A stretch of DNA of 47,656 bases, taken from the NCBI GenBank assembly GCA_045535415.1, contig JAZSLO010000043.1, positions 1 to 47,656 of the forward strand, written 5' to 3'. Shown here in pieces: positions 25,302-36,173 of the stretch. This stretch comes from Eubacteriales bacterium. GTDB lineage: Bacteria; Bacillota; Clostridia; Oscillospirales; CAG-382. Position numbers and translations under genes: made by a program. Under the pieces are notes generated by a model. It worked only from the letters and a program-made list of their open reading frames with translations, ran no database searches and was not told the origin of the DNA. Position 1 is the first letter of the stretch; each line of letters starts with the position of its first letter.

Positions 25302-26609
25302 ATGGCATTAGGTGGAGGAACATTTACAACGCATAACAAGATTCTTCCCGGTGCATATATCAACTTTGTTTCTCTTGCAACTGCAAGTGCAACATTGTCT
25401 GATAGAGGTATTGCAACAATGCCCCTCGAACTTGATTGGGGTGTTGAAGGTGAAGTTTTTGAGGTCACAAATGAAGATTTCCAGAAGAACAGTTTAAAGA
25501 TTTTCGGATATTTATATACCGATGACAAACTCAAAGGACTTCGTGATTTGTTTAAGAATATCAGAACCTTGTATGCTTATCGTATAAATGGCGGTGGCAT
25601 TAAGGCTGCAAACACTTATGCAACAGCTAAATATTCTGGTATATGCGGAAACAATATTACAATTGTTATTCAGAAGAATATCGATGACGAAAATAAGTTT
25701 GATGTAAAGACAGTGATAGGAAGCACAGTGGTTGATGTGCAGACAGTTACTACTGCAGCAGAACTTGTTGCAAATGAATTTGTAACATTCAACGCAGAAG
25801 CAACTCTTGAAGTAACTGCCGGAAATGCTCTTACAACAGGTACAAATGGAACTGTTGATGCATCTGCACACCAGACATACCTTGATAAGATTGAGGCTTA
25901 TTCATACAATGCACTCGGTGTTGTGGCAACTGATGACACAATAAAGTCTTTATATGCGAATTTCTGCAAGAGACTTCGTGATGAAGTTGGTGCGAAGTTC
26001 CAGGTTGTTGTATATAACAAGGCAGCAGATTATGAAGGTGTTATCAATGTAAAGAACAAGACAACAGATGCAGGTTGGACTGAAACAAGCCTTGTTTATT
26101 GGGTGACGGGTATTGTTGCTGGTTGTGCAATCAACAAGTCCAACTTGAACAAATTGTACGATGGTGAGTTTACAGTTGATGTAGACTACACACAGGCAGA
26201 ACTTGTTCAGGCAATCAAGAATGGTGAATTTACACTTCACAAGGTAGGCTCTGAAATAAGAGTTCTTGAAGATGTTAACTCACTTGTTACTACAACAGAA
26301 ACAAAGGGTGATGTTTTCAAGGATAACCAGACAATTAGAGTTATTGACCAGTGTGCAAATGATGATGCGGTTCTGTTCAATACAAAATATCTCGGTGTAG
26401 TTCCGAATGATGCATCAGGAAGAATAAGCCTTTGGGCAGACCTTGTTAAGCATCGTGAAGAACTGCAGAATATCAGAGCAATTGAAGACTTCAAGGATGA
26501 AGATATAGTTGTTTCACAGGGTGATACAAAGAAATCAGTTGTTATAAATGGTGCAATTCAGCCTGTCAATGCAATGGCTAAATTGTATATGACAACTGTT
26601 GTAAGATAA
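25302..26609 (+). CDS. tail sheath protein (XkdK-like)
   Basis: MALGGGTFTTHNKILPGAYINF start typical of Firmicute myovirus sheaths. Size and position. Confidence 0.85.
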   Translation: MALGGGTFTTHNKILPGAYINFVSLATASATLSDRGIATMPLELDWGVEGEVFEVTNEDFQKNSLKIFGYLYTDDKLKGLRDLFKNIRTLYAYRINGGGIKAANTYATAKYSGICGNNITIVIQKNIDDENKFDVKTVIGSTVVDVQTVTTAAELVANEFVTFNAEATLEVTAGNALTTGTNGTVDASAHQTYLDKIEAYSYNALGVVATDDTIKSLYANFCKRLRDEVGAKFQVVVYNKAADYEGVINVKNKTTDAGWTETSLVYWVTGIVAGCAINKSNLNKLYDGEFTVDVDYTQAELVQAIKNGEFTLHKVGSEIRVLEDVNSLVTTTETKGDVFKDNQTIRVIDQCANDDAVLFNTKYLGVVPNDASGRISLWADLVKHREELQNIRAIEDFKDEDIVVSQGDTKKSVVINGAIQPVNAMAKLYMTTVVR

Positions 26610-26626
26610 GGAAGGAGTGAAACAGA

Positions 26627-27100
26627 ATGTCTAATATTACAATGAAATCAAAAGATGCCGTATCAGCAAAACTTGCAGAATGTTATGTTACTATTGGCAG
26701 AAACAGATACAATTTCATGCAGATGATAAACTTTGAAGCAAAGTTTGAAAAGACAAAGGCTGAAATTGCAATTCTCGGCAAGACTGGTTCTGGTAATAAG
26801 TCAACTGGATGGAAGGGAACGGGTTCTGCGACCTGCCATTATAACTCTTCTATTTTCAGACAGATGATGCTGGAATTTAAAGATACCGGTGAGGATGTAT
26901 ATTTTGAAATTCAGGTCACAAATGATGACCCGACAAGTGCAGCAGGTAGACAGACAATAGTATTTATTGACTGCAATATAGACGGAGGCATTCTTGCCAA
27001 GTTTGATGCAGATGGTGAATACCTTGATGAAGATATGGACTTCACATTTGAAGACTTCAAGATGCCTGAAACCTTCAAACTTCTTGACGGTATGCAGTAA
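26627..27100 (+). CDS. tail tube protein (XkdM-like)
   Basis: Directly follows the sheath gene. Size about 157 aa. Confidence 0.75.
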   Translation: MSNITMKSKDAVSAKLAECYVTIGRNRYNFMQMINFEAKFEKTKAEIAILGKTGSGNKSTGWKGTGSATCHYNSSIFRQMMLEFKDTGEDVYFEIQVTNDDPTSAAGRQTIVFIDCNIDGGILAKFDADGEYLDEDMDFTFEDFKMPETFKLLDGMQ

Positions 27101-27170
27101 ACATTTTGACCCTCATGTCTTTTGATGTGGGGGTCTATTATTTTATAAAAATCGAAAGGTGGTATAAACC

Positions 27171-27602
27171 ATGTCAAGTTTCAGCAGATTTATGAAACAG
27201 AATAAAATCACAAAAGAAAATACAACTTATGCAGCAACAAAATCACTCGTTGACGAGAATGGTCAACCTTTGCTTTGGACTATTAAACCTTTAAATACAA
27301 AAGAGAATGATGAAATCAGAGACTCTTGTATGAAGGAAGTTCAGGTGACAGGCAAACCTAATCTTTACAGACCGAAGTTGGACACTTCAAAGTATATTGC
27401 AAAGATGATTTGTGCTTGTGTTGTAGAACCTAATCTTTACGATAAGGAACTCCAGGATTCATACGGAGTTATGACACCGGAAGACCTTCTTAAAGAAATG
27501 ATTGATGACCCTGGTGAATATCAGGACTTCGCAACATTTATTCAGAATTTCAATGGTTTTAATACCACACTTGAAGATAAGGTTGAAGAAGCAAAAAACT
27601 AA
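27171..27602 (+). CDS. tail assembly chaperone (XkdN-like)
   Basis: Lies between the tube and tape-measure genes. Ends on a slippery heptamer. Confidence 0.7.
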   Translation: MSSFSRFMKQNKITKENTTYAATKSLVDENGQPLLWTIKPLNTKENDEIRDSCMKEVQVTGKPNLYRPKLDTSKYIAKMICACVVEPNLYDKELQDSYGVMTPEDLLKEMIDDPGEYQDFATFIQNFNGFNTTLEDKVEEAKN

Positions 27603-27778
27603 TTGAGGAAGGTGATGCGGAGGCAAATTATGCTCACTATGTGTTGCAGAAACTCCACATATTACCTTCTGTTTTTTTAAATATGGAAAGAAATGAAAAG
27701 GCTTTTCTCATTGCATCAATTCGCATAAGGGTTGAGCAAGAAATGGCAGAGGCAAAGAAAATAAAATCGAAAAAATAG
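27593..27778 (+). other. programmed -1 frameshift site and extension ORF of the tail chaperone
   Basis: A AAA AAC heptamer (27593-27599) immediately before stop TAA 27600-27602. The -1 frame is open from 27599 to TAG 27776-27778 (IEEGDAEANYAHYVLQKL...). Confidence 0.65.
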
Positions 27779-27811
27779 TCAAACGGCTATTTTTAATCAT
27801 ACCAAGAAAGG

Positions 27812-29770
27812 ATGGTGAAGACGATGGCGAGTATTTCATCAACCATTAGTTTGTATGATAGAGTGACCGCACCGATAAATAATATGTTGTCGGCACTTGA
27901 CAATTTGTGTATTGGCTTTGAACAAGTTGAAACTTCGATGAATGGTAGTTTTGACAGTGAACGGATAAACCAGGCAAGACAATCACTTCAAGCAGCAGCA
28001 CAACAGACCGCAGAACTCGGAAACCTTCAAGATGAATACAATCGCAGAATTGATGAAAGTTCCTCCGGCTTAAGTGGACTTGGTAGAAAGATAATGGGTC
28101 TTGTTGGTGCATATGCATCGATGCAAGGTGTCAAAAAACTTGTAAATTTATCAGATGAATATGTACAAACAACTGCAAGACTAAATATGATTGTAGATGA
28201 GTACAACGATATTGAAACTTTGCAGAATAAAATATTCGTTGCAGCACAGAAGTCGAGAAGCTCTTATGCTGATACTGCGGATATGATTGCAAAACTCTCA
28301 CTCCGAACCGGCAAGTTGTTTTCAAACGATGAGGCGGTTCTTTTTGCGACAAACCTTAATAAGTTATATACCATTGCAGGTGCAAGTCAGCAAGAAATGA
28401 AAGCATCGCAATTACAGTTGACTCAGGCTTTGGGTTCGGGTGTTTTGCGAGGCGAAGAATTCAATGCAGTATTTGAAGCAGCACCGAATGTTATGCAACA
28501 AGTGGCAGATTATATGGATGTTCCTATTGGCAAACTTCGTGATATGGCTGCCGATGGAAAAATCACTGCCTCTATTGTTAAAAATGCACTGTTGGAGATA
28601 CCTTCGGATGTTAGCAAATCATTTGAAGATATGCCAATGACCTGGGCTCAAGTATGGACTGGTGTGACGAACAGATTGTATATGGCATCACAACCTCTTC
28701 TTAAAATGATAAGCTGGTTGGCTCAAAACTGGGCGGTTCTTGAACCAATTGTGATTGGACTTACAACTGCCATTGGTTTATATACTGGTGCTTTACTTAT
28801 TAACAAAGGTGTTCAAGTGGCATCAAACATTGCGAAAACAATCGGTACAATCAAATCAATTGCACATGGTGCTGCCATAACATCTGAAATGATTGCAACA
28901 ACGGGATTGACAAAGGCACAACTTGCATTTAATGCAGCATTGTGGGCATCTCCGTTGACTTGGGTGTTGTTAATCGTAATTGCTGTGGTCGCAGCATTTT
29001 ATGCAGTTATTGCTGCAATTAACAAAACAAAAGATACATCATTAAGTGCAACCGGGATGATTGTGGGTGCTTTGATGAGTGCGGTTGCATTCATATGGAA
29101 TTTTTTTCTTTCGTTGGTTGACTTGGTGCTTGGCATAATCAACATTTTCTGGAACAGATTCGCTGCGTTTGCAAACTTCTTCGGAAATGTATTTAATGAC
29201 CCAATAGGCTCTATAATACATTTATTCGGTGATATGGCAGACAATGTACTTGGCATCCTTGAAACCATAGCAAGTGCGATTGATAAACTTTTCGGCACAG
29301 AACTCGCTGTTTCAGTTCAAGGTTGGCGGTCTGGACTTGATAATATGGTTGAGGAACTTGCAGTTAAATATGGCAACGGAACTTATGAAGAAAAAGTTTC
29401 AAAAGCAAACTTAACTGCTGAAAGCCTGGGACTTTCTCGTTGGGCATATACCGATGCTTATAACAAAGGCTATTCTTGGGGTGAAGGAATAGGTGAATCA
29501 ATTTCAGAAACACTAGGTGCTGACCTTTCTGCAACTGCAGAGAATACCGGTGAAACTGCGAATGCACTTTCAACTTCAAATGAAGAGTTGAAATATCTTC
29601 GTGAAATTGCAGAACGAGATGTTGTAAACAGATTTACAACTGCAGAAATCAAGGTTGAAATGACAAATAACAACAATGTTTCTTCAGACATGGATTTAGA
29701 CGGAATTGTAGATTACCTTGTAATCGGTGTTAATGAAGCAATGGAAATGGCAGCAGAGGGGGTGCATTAA
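27812..29770 (+). CDS. tape measure protein
   Basis: 652 aa. Helical N-terminal part, central hydrophobic segments, and position. Confidence 0.85.
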   Translation: MVKTMASISSTISLYDRVTAPINNMLSALDNLCIGFEQVETSMNGSFDSERINQARQSLQAAAQQTAELGNLQDEYNRRIDESSSGLSGLGRKIMGLVGAYASMQGVKKLVNLSDEYVQTTARLNMIVDEYNDIETLQNKIFVAAQKSRSSYADTADMIAKLSLRTGKLFSNDEAVLFATNLNKLYTIAGASQQEMKASQLQLTQALGSGVLRGEEFNAVFEAAPNVMQQVADYMDVPIGKLRDMAADGKITASIVKNALLEIPSDVSKSFEDMPMTWAQVWTGVTNRLYMASQPLLKMISWLAQNWAVLEPIVIGLTTAIGLYTGALLINKGVQVASNIAKTIGTIKSIAHGAAITSEMIATTGLTKAQLAFNAALWASPLTWVLLIVIAVVAAFYAVIAAINKTKDTSLSATGMIVGALMSAVAFIWNFFLSLVDLVLGIINIFWNRFAAFANFFGNVFNDPIGSIIHLFGDMADNVLGILETIASAIDKLFGTELAVSVQGWRSGLDNMVEELAVKYGNGTYEEKVSKANLTAESLGLSRWAYTDAYNKGYSWGEGIGESISETLGADLSATAENTGETANALSTSNEELKYLREIAERDVVNRFTTAEIKVEMTNNNNVSSDMDLDGIVDYLVIGVNEAMEMAAEGVH

Positions 29771-29773
29771 CAA

Positions 29774-30877
29774 ATGTATGAAGTTTATCTTGGTAACACA
29801 TTATGTCCGATTGCACCCTCTAAACTGCAATTGAAAATCAAAAACCAAAACAAGACAGTCAATTTGATGAATGATGGAGAAATAAACATTTTGAAGCAAC
29901 CGGGATTGACAGAGGTCAGTTTTGATTTGCTTCTTCCAAATGTCAAATATCCGTTTGCATTGTATAAGTCTGGTTTCGTGAATGCGAAATACTTTCTGGA
30001 TATTCTCCAGGATTATAAAGTAAACAAGGGAACATTCCAGTTCAAAGTAATAAGAACTTTCCCGAACGGAAAAATCTTGTTTGACAATGATATGAAGGTT
30101 TCACTTGAAGACTACACCATAAAAGAAGATGCAAAACAAGGCTTTGATGTTGTGGTTTCCGTGAAACTGAAACAATACAAAGATTATGGCACAAAAAAAG
30201 TTACCATAATCGATGAAAACACTGCATCGGTTGAAAAAACAAGACCCACGGAAAATTCACCTGCACCGAAGAAAGAACTGACATATACTGTGAAAAGCGG
30301 CGACACCTTGTGGAACATAGCAAAGCAGGTTTATGGAGACGGGGCAAAATATACAGTTATATATGAGGCTAACAAAGATAAGATTTCAAACCCGAATTCT
30401 ATTTTTGCAGGTCAAGTAATTGTAATTCCCGATGCAACGGCAGCACAAATCGCAGCAATAAAAACTGCGACACCTTCATCAACAAAAAGCAATACATCAA
30501 ATGACTATAACACTGTTACTGTTAGTTTGATTCGAGACAAAGGGACTACTGCTGTTAATCCTGTGGATGTTGTGGATAGAATTTTCATAGTGCACACCAA
30601 ACCCAATGAGACAACATCATATGGCGCAAAATTTTCACCCAGTCAGGCATTTACCACGGAACGAGGAATGACAATTTCATCGTTGTTGACTTATAGTGTC
30701 AAAATAAAGAAAAATACACAGGCAGTTGTTTCGGCAAGTTTTAAAAAGAGTGGTTATACACTTGTGAAAACTCAAAACTCTGTTGGTGAATGGACTGTTA
30801 GCAATGGGACATTTACTTGTTCGGGCAAAGATAAAACAAACTCCATTGAACTTGTTGTAAGAAGAGCGTGGGGGTAA
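29774..30877 (+). CDS. LysM-domain tail protein (XkdP-like)
   Basis: YTVKSGDTLWNIAKQVYGDGAKYTVIYEANKDKISNPNSIFAGQVIVIP LysM motif. Confidence 0.7.
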   Translation: MYEVYLGNTLCPIAPSKLQLKIKNQNKTVNLMNDGEINILKQPGLTEVSFDLLLPNVKYPFALYKSGFVNAKYFLDILQDYKVNKGTFQFKVIRTFPNGKILFDNDMKVSLEDYTIKEDAKQGFDVVVSVKLKQYKDYGTKKVTIIDENTASVEKTRPTENSPAPKKELTYTVKSGDTLWNIAKQVYGDGAKYTVIYEANKDKISNPNSIFAGQVIVIPDATAAQIAAIKTATPSSTKSNTSNDYNTVTVSLIRDKGTTAVNPVDVVDRIFIVHTKPNETTSYGAKFSPSQAFTTERGMTISSLLTYSVKIKKNTQAVVSASFKKSGYTLVKTQNSVGEWTVSNGTFTCSGKDKTNSIELVVRRAWG

Positions 30878-30880
30878 ATT

Positions 30881-31840
30881 ATGAATGTTGAATTGTTAAT
30901 TGAACACAACGGAGAATTATTTACACCCTCTGTCGAGGAAGGAATCACCTGGACAACCGAAAGAAAAGGAAGTCCGGGTGAATTAAAATTTAAAGTCCTT
31001 AAAGACAGCATTATCGATTTCGCAGAAGGTGATGCAGTTAGGTTGAGAATTGACGGAAACAATGTTTTTTTGGGGTTTGTTTTCAAGAAACAAAGAGACA
31101 AAGAACACATTATATCTGTAACTGCATATGACCAACTGCGATACCTGAAAAACAAAGACGCCTATGTTTTCACAGCCCAAAAAGCAAGTGGAATGATAAA
31201 AGCAATCGCAGACGATTATGGACTACAAACTGGTGATATTGCGGACACAGGTTTTGTGTTTTTAAGTCGAACAGAAAAAAACATAACTTTGTTTGATATA
31301 ATCCAAAACGCTCTTGATTTGACTTTGGAAAATACAAAGCAAATGTATGTGATGTATGACGATTTCGGAAAAATCACATTAAAAAGTTTAGATAATATGC
31401 GATTGGATTTGTTGATTGATGAGGAAAGTGGCTCAAACTTTGATTACACTTCCTCTATTGATTCAAATACTTACAATCAGGTCAAATTGCTTTATGAAAG
31501 TGAGAAAGGTGAATATGGCAAACCTTATTTTGCCTTTGATTCAGGCAATATAAATCAATGGGGTGTTCTTCAATATTTCGATACCCTGAAAGAAGGAGAA
31601 AACGGACAAGCAAAAGCAAATGCATTGCTTGACTTATATAACAAAAAAACAAGAAACCTGTCCATAAAAAATGCTCTTGGTGATGTAAGAGTAAGGGCAG
31701 GTTCTCTTGTCCCTGTTATCTTGAATTTGGGGGACATCGAAGTTAGTAATTACTTTCTAGTTGAAAAATGCAAACACGAATTTAAGAACAATGAACACTT
31801 TATGGATTTGAATTTAAGAGGCGGTGAGTTTGTTGTTTAA
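30881..31840 (+). CDS. baseplate hub/late-control-D-like protein (XkdQ-like)
   Basis: Gene order and size match the PBSX xkdP-Q-R-S-T-U block. Confidence 0.55.
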   Translation: MNVELLIEHNGELFTPSVEEGITWTTERKGSPGELKFKVLKDSIIDFAEGDAVRLRIDGNNVFLGFVFKKQRDKEHIISVTAYDQLRYLKNKDAYVFTAQKASGMIKAIADDYGLQTGDIADTGFVFLSRTEKNITLFDIIQNALDLTLENTKQMYVMYDDFGKITLKSLDNMRLDLLIDEESGSNFDYTSSIDSNTYNQVKLLYESEKGEYGKPYFAFDSGNINQWGVLQYFDTLKEGENGQAKANALLDLYNKKTRNLSIKNALGDVRVRAGSLVPVILNLGDIEVSNYFLVEKCKHEFKNNEHFMDLNLRGGEFVV

Positions 31841-32159
31841 TGGTTCTGATTTGTTACGAGTGATAAAAAAGGCTGCAAAAGATGCTGTTGAAGCAAGTCA
31901 GCCTTTTGACTTTCACTTCGGCAAGGTGATGAGTATTTCACCATTGAAAATTATGGTTGACCAGAAAATGACTTTGACATCTGCACAATTGGTATTATCA
32001 CGGAATGTTACCAATTACAAAACCAAAATCACAATTGATAATAACACAAGAGAAATCACAATTCACAACGCACTGGTAGTTGGGGACAAGGTGGTTCTTT
32101 TGCAGCAAAAAGGCGGTCAAAAATATCTTGTTGCGGATAGGGTGGTGAGTGCGACATGA
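31824..32159 (+). CDS. XkdR-like small baseplate protein
   Basis: Gene order and size. Confidence 0.45.
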   Translation: MSLLFNGSDLLRVIKKAAKDAVEASQPFDFHFGKVMSISPLKIMVDQKMTLTSAQLVLSRNVTNYKTKITIDNNTREITIHNALVVGDKVVLLQQKGGQKYLVADRVVSAT

Positions 32160-32560
32160 TACCTTCGAATAATCAATTACTTTCAGTTAATTTGGAAGTA
32201 AAATCACAACCAAGTAAAAATTACAAGTTGCATTTTGAACGAAACAGGATAAATGGAACTTGTGATGGATTGGATGCGATGAAGCAAGTTATATATAAAA
32301 TACTAAACACTGAAAGATACCAGAATATCATTTATTCTTGGAATTATGGCATTGAACTTCTTGATTTATACGGAGAACCGACTAGTTATGTGTTACCCGA
32401 AATTCAAAGAAGAATTACAGAGGCATTAGTCCAGGATGATAGGATTAACAGTGTAGATAGTTTTGAATTCGATATAACTGAAAAAAGAACAGTGAAGGTC
32501 TCTTTCACTGTTCATACTATTTACGGAAATATTCAAGAAGAAAAGGTGGTGACTTTCTAA
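32156..32560 (+). CDS. XkdS-like (gp25/W-like) baseplate wedge protein
   Basis: Gene order and size. Confidence 0.5.
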   Translation: MIPSNNQLLSVNLEVKSQPSKNYKLHFERNRINGTCDGLDAMKQVIYKILNTERYQNIIYSWNYGIELLDLYGEPTSYVLPEIQRRITEALVQDDRINSVDSFEFDITEKRTVKVSFTVHTIYGNIQEEKVVTF

Positions 32561-33627
32561 TGTATGAAAATATAACTTACGAAAGCATTCTCAAAAGGAT
32601 GCTCGACAAAATTCCGAATACATTTGACAAAAGGGAAGGCTCGGCCATATATGATGCAATTGCACCGGCAGCGGTTGAACTTCAGAATATGTATATAGAA
32701 CTTGATACAATCCTGAATGAAACCTTTGCTGACACTGCGAGTTTGTATTACTTAAAGAAAAGAGCAGAAGAACGAGGAATTACACAAACACTTGCGACAA
32801 GTTCTGTTCTCAAAGGTGTGTTCACACCCTCAACAACAGAAATAGACTTTGGTACAAGATTTTCTTGCGAAAACTTAAATTATATCGTCATAGAAAAGAT
32901 TAGTGCAGGTGCTTACAAGTTGATGTGCGAAACAACAGGCACAGAAGGGAATTTGCACTTTGGTTCTTTAATTCCCATTGACTACATTGACAGACTGGAA
33001 ACTGCTGAATTGACTGAACTGTTGATACCGGCAGAAGACGATGAAGAACCGGAACATTTAAGACAGAGGTATTTTGATTCATTTGAATCACAAGCCTTTG
33101 GTGGTAATGTTGCGGACTACAAAGAAAAAACTAACGCAATAAGCGGTGTCGGTGGAGTTAAGGTATATCCCACCTGGAATGGTGGCGGTACAGTCAAACT
33201 TGTTATTATGAATAGTGAGTTTGCATCACCTTCTACAACTCTTATTGATGAAGTCCAGACAAAAATTGACCCATTGCAAAATCAGGGTCAGGGTTTAGGA
33301 ATTGCACCGATAGGTCACACAGTAACAGTTGTTGGTTGCGGTGTAACTGCGGTTGATATACAGACAACAATTACATTCCAAGAAGGTTGGAACTGGGAAT
33401 TGTTAAAGGCAACTGTTGAAACAACCATTGACGAATACTTGAAGGAACTTTCAGCCACTTGGGAGGATTCAGAGAATCTGATTGTTAGAATCAGCCAGAT
33501 TGAGACAAGACTGCTTAATTTGACCGGTGTGTTAGACATAGAAAATACCACCTTGAATGGCTCGGCACAGAGTCTGATGATTGAAACAGACAATATCGCA
33601 ATCAGAGGAGTTGTAACAAATGTATAA
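32560..33627 (+). CDS. baseplate J-like protein (XkdT-like)
   Basis: Start MYENITYESILKRMLD.IP...DKREGS.IYDA..P is typical of the baseplate J family. Confidence 0.8.
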   Translation: MYENITYESILKRMLDKIPNTFDKREGSAIYDAIAPAAVELQNMYIELDTILNETFADTASLYYLKKRAEERGITQTLATSSVLKGVFTPSTTEIDFGTRFSCENLNYIVIEKISAGAYKLMCETTGTEGNLHFGSLIPIDYIDRLETAELTELLIPAEDDEEPEHLRQRYFDSFESQAFGGNVADYKEKTNAISGVGGVKVYPTWNGGGTVKLVIMNSEFASPSTTLIDEVQTKIDPLQNQGQGLGIAPIGHTVTVVGCGVTAVDIQTTITFQEGWNWELLKATVETTIDEYLKELSATWEDSENLIVRISQIETRLLNLTGVLDIENTTLNGSAQSLMIETDNIAIRGVVTNV

Positions 33628-34171
33628 CAGAAGTTTGATTGATTATCTCCCTGAATTTTTAAGAGATGTTGAAGAAAACAAAGCAATCTTGACATTGGCA
33701 GAGCAACCAGAAGTCAAAATGACCTGGGATGCATTAAAAAATGTAATGAATGACCAGTTTGTTATTGATGCAACCGAGAATGGTATATCAAGGTGGGAAA
33801 AGATGCTGAAAATCATTCCCAAAAACGAAGAAACCCTTGAAGAAAGAAAATTCACAATTTTAACGAGAATCAATGAACAACTTCCGTTTACGATGACAAC
33901 ACTTAAAAGTCAGTTGAATTCATTGTGCGGAGTGAATAATTCAGAAGTATCGTTGAATGGATTTACATTGTTGGTAAAAGTCGCTTTGAGTGCAAAAAAC
34001 AGTTTCAATGATGTGACATCACTTTTAAAGCGGATTGTACCTGCAAATATGGTTGTTGAAGTTACTCTCAAATACACGCAACACGATGCATTGGCAAAAT
34101 ATACACACAAAGAATTAAGTGCTTATACACACGAACAGTTAAGAAATGAGGTGTTCACGAATGGCAACTAA
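33620..34171 (+). CDS. XkdU-like tail protein (DUF2313-like)
   Basis: Start ..L..YLPEF...V.E typical of this family, plus gene order. Confidence 0.55.
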   Translation: MYNRSLIDYLPEFLRDVEENKAILTLAEQPEVKMTWDALKNVMNDQFVIDATENGISRWEKMLKIIPKNEETLEERKFTILTRINEQLPFTMTTLKSQLNSLCGVNNSEVSLNGFTLLVKVALSAKNSFNDVTSLLKRIVPANMVVEVTLKYTQHDALAKYTHKELSAYTHEQLRNEVFTNGN

Positions 34172-35528
34172 TACAGAAAATTTAGGATTGCAAAAGGACC
34201 TTGCAACAGAATTTTACAACATTGACACTATCAATGCGAATTTAGATAAGATTGATGCGTTTGCAGGTAGAAAGGACAATCCCCACAATGTTACAAAAGA
34301 ACAGATCGGATTGGATAAGGTTGATAATACATCAGATGCAGAGAAACCTGTATCAACCCCACAAGCAACGGCAATTTCCGAAGCAAAGGCAGCAGGTACT
34401 TCAGCACAAGCAAATTTGACAGTACACATCAACGACAAAGAAAATCCCCACAATGTTACAAAGGCACAGGTTGGACTTGATAAAGTCAATAATACGGCAG
34501 ATAGTGAAAAATCTGTTAATACTGCAAATTTCGCAAGTGAAGCGGGCGAAAGTAGAAAAGTACAATCCAAGTTAGTTGTGAGATTTAAGGGTGGTAGTAC
34601 AGAGGGAACGGACAAATGGGAGTTTGACGGTTCTACAGGAAAATCTATAAATATTACACCTGCTAAAATAGGTGCTTCCGAAAGCAGTCATACACATACG
34701 CTTGATGGTGTTTCGGAAACAACGGAAAAAAAGATTTGTCGTATAGTGGTGGCTACAAGGATTGAAGATACTGCAAGTGGAGACGGGCAAATTGTTTGTA
34801 ATTATGTGGCAAGTGCTGACGGGATAGAAGAATTATACAACGGATTAGAAATAACTATAATTCCTGACGAAAGCAGCAAGTTTAGCAGCACAGAACAAAC
34901 ACTAAACCATATAACACTTAACTTAAACAATTTGGGGGCAATTCCTGTAAGACAGCCTTTGAGTTGTAGCACATTTGTTGCAATAACACCCGATATCAAC
35001 GGCTTCATTGCGGCGAATACACCTTGTAGGCTGATGTATCACGAAAATTATGTAAGCGGTGGAATATGGCTTATGGCAGACAAAGTAAAGTATTCTGCAC
35101 AAGACCTTTACGGGATTGTGCCTATAGAAAGCGGTGGTACAGGAGCAGACAACGGAGAAGAAGCTTTGCACAATTTCGGTGTTGCTGATTACATAACAGA
35201 GCAAGGCACAAGCGGAGTGTGGAAATATCGCAAGTGGAAAAACGGAACTGTTGATTTGTGGGGAACACTAACGGATTTGAGAAGTGAAAATTCAAATTCT
35301 GAGTACTCACACTTTTTCACCTATACTTTGCCGTTTGCGGTATCTAATGCGACTATACTCGGAAACGTAAGCGGAACGAAAATAGTGTGCGACTCAAGCA
35401 TAAGCGAAAACACGCTCACGTTCAGAACGTATGATACCAAATCTTTAATAACAGGAACGTTCACGGTGAGCTTTGTTATTACAGGGAACTATGACGACGA
35501 AACCGCAGAGCTATTTTCCGAAGCATAA
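34161..35528 (+). CDS. tail fibre protein
   Basis: MATNTENLGLQK start. Two NPHNVTK.Q.GLDKV.N fibre repeats. Last structural gene. Confidence 0.75.
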   Translation: MATNTENLGLQKDLATEFYNIDTINANLDKIDAFAGRKDNPHNVTKEQIGLDKVDNTSDAEKPVSTPQATAISEAKAAGTSAQANLTVHINDKENPHNVTKAQVGLDKVNNTADSEKSVNTANFASEAGESRKVQSKLVVRFKGGSTEGTDKWEFDGSTGKSINITPAKIGASESSHTHTLDGVSETTEKKICRIVVATRIEDTASGDGQIVCNYVASADGIEELYNGLEITIIPDESSKFSSTEQTLNHITLNLNNLGAIPVRQPLSCSTFVAITPDINGFIAANTPCRLMYHENYVSGGIWLMADKVKYSAQDLYGIVPIESGGTGADNGEEALHNFGVADYITEQGTSGVWKYRKWKNGTVDLWGTLTDLRSENSNSEYSHFFTYTLPFAVSNATILGNVSGTKIVCDSSISENTLTFRTYDTKSLITGTFTVSFVITGNYDDETAELFSEA

Positions 35529-35631
35529 AGGAGGGTAACAGATGAACACAGAAGTCTTAGTAGCTGTTCTGTCATTGAGGGGCTAATATAGGCCGATACG
35601 ATGGGTTTGGTGAACACAGAGAGGAGGGTGG

Positions 35632-35916
35632 GTGATGTCACTCATTACATTGGCAACTTTCATTACAGAAATCGGGGTTGTTTTAGGAGTTATTATCCCT
35701 GTTGTTGCAAGTATTCGCAAAATCTCCGAGGGGACTAAATGTCAGCTGAGAAGCGAGATGCTGAGAATTTACTATCACAACAAGGACAAAGGCAAAATAA
35801 GGCAATACGAATACGAGAATTTCGTGATGCTTTATGAGGCATACAAGGCTCTTAAAGGAAACTCCTTTATCGACAGAATATATGACGAAATAAAAGACCT
35901 TGAAATTGACACCTGA
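35632..35916 (+). CDS. membrane-anchored protein of the lysis region
   Basis: N-terminal TM helix (LITLATFITEIGVVLGVIIPVV). Unknown function. Confidence 0.4.
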   Translation: MMSLITLATFITEIGVVLGVIIPVVASIRKISEGTKCQLRSEMLRIYYHNKDKGKIRQYEYENFVMLYEAYKALKGNSFIDRIYDEIKDLEIDT

Positions 35917-35927
35917 AAGGAGTACAT

Positions 35928-36173
35928 ATGGCAAAGAAAAAGACAAAAGAGCCTGTGAAATTTTCAAAGAAGATTATTGTTTTAATGTTTGCGACAATGA
36001 TTTTGTTTACGACAACAATGATAGTCACCTTCTGGAAATACGAGGCTGTGCCTGATGCACTCATTGAGCCGTTTTTTGCTTTTTTCGGAGTTGAGGGCGG
36101 AGCGCTCGGTGTTATCAAGGTATCGGAAAACATTGCGGAAAAATTTGAACTTAAAAGAGGTAAGAAAAAATGA
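35928..36173 (+). CDS. holin-like two-TM protein
   Basis: Basic N- and C-termini flanking hydrophobic helices. Adjacent to the holin and endolysin genes. Confidence 0.45.
   Translation: MAKKKTKEPVKFSKKIIVLMFATMILFTTTMIVTFWKYEAVPDALIEPFFAFFGVEGGALGVIKVSENIAEKFELKRGKKK

Noticed and set aside
35542-35586. 14-codon ORF (MNTEVLVAVLSLRG) with a strong GGAGGG RBS just after the tail fibre gene.
   Set aside because: Too short to evaluate. It may be a remnant of an XkdX-like small gene.
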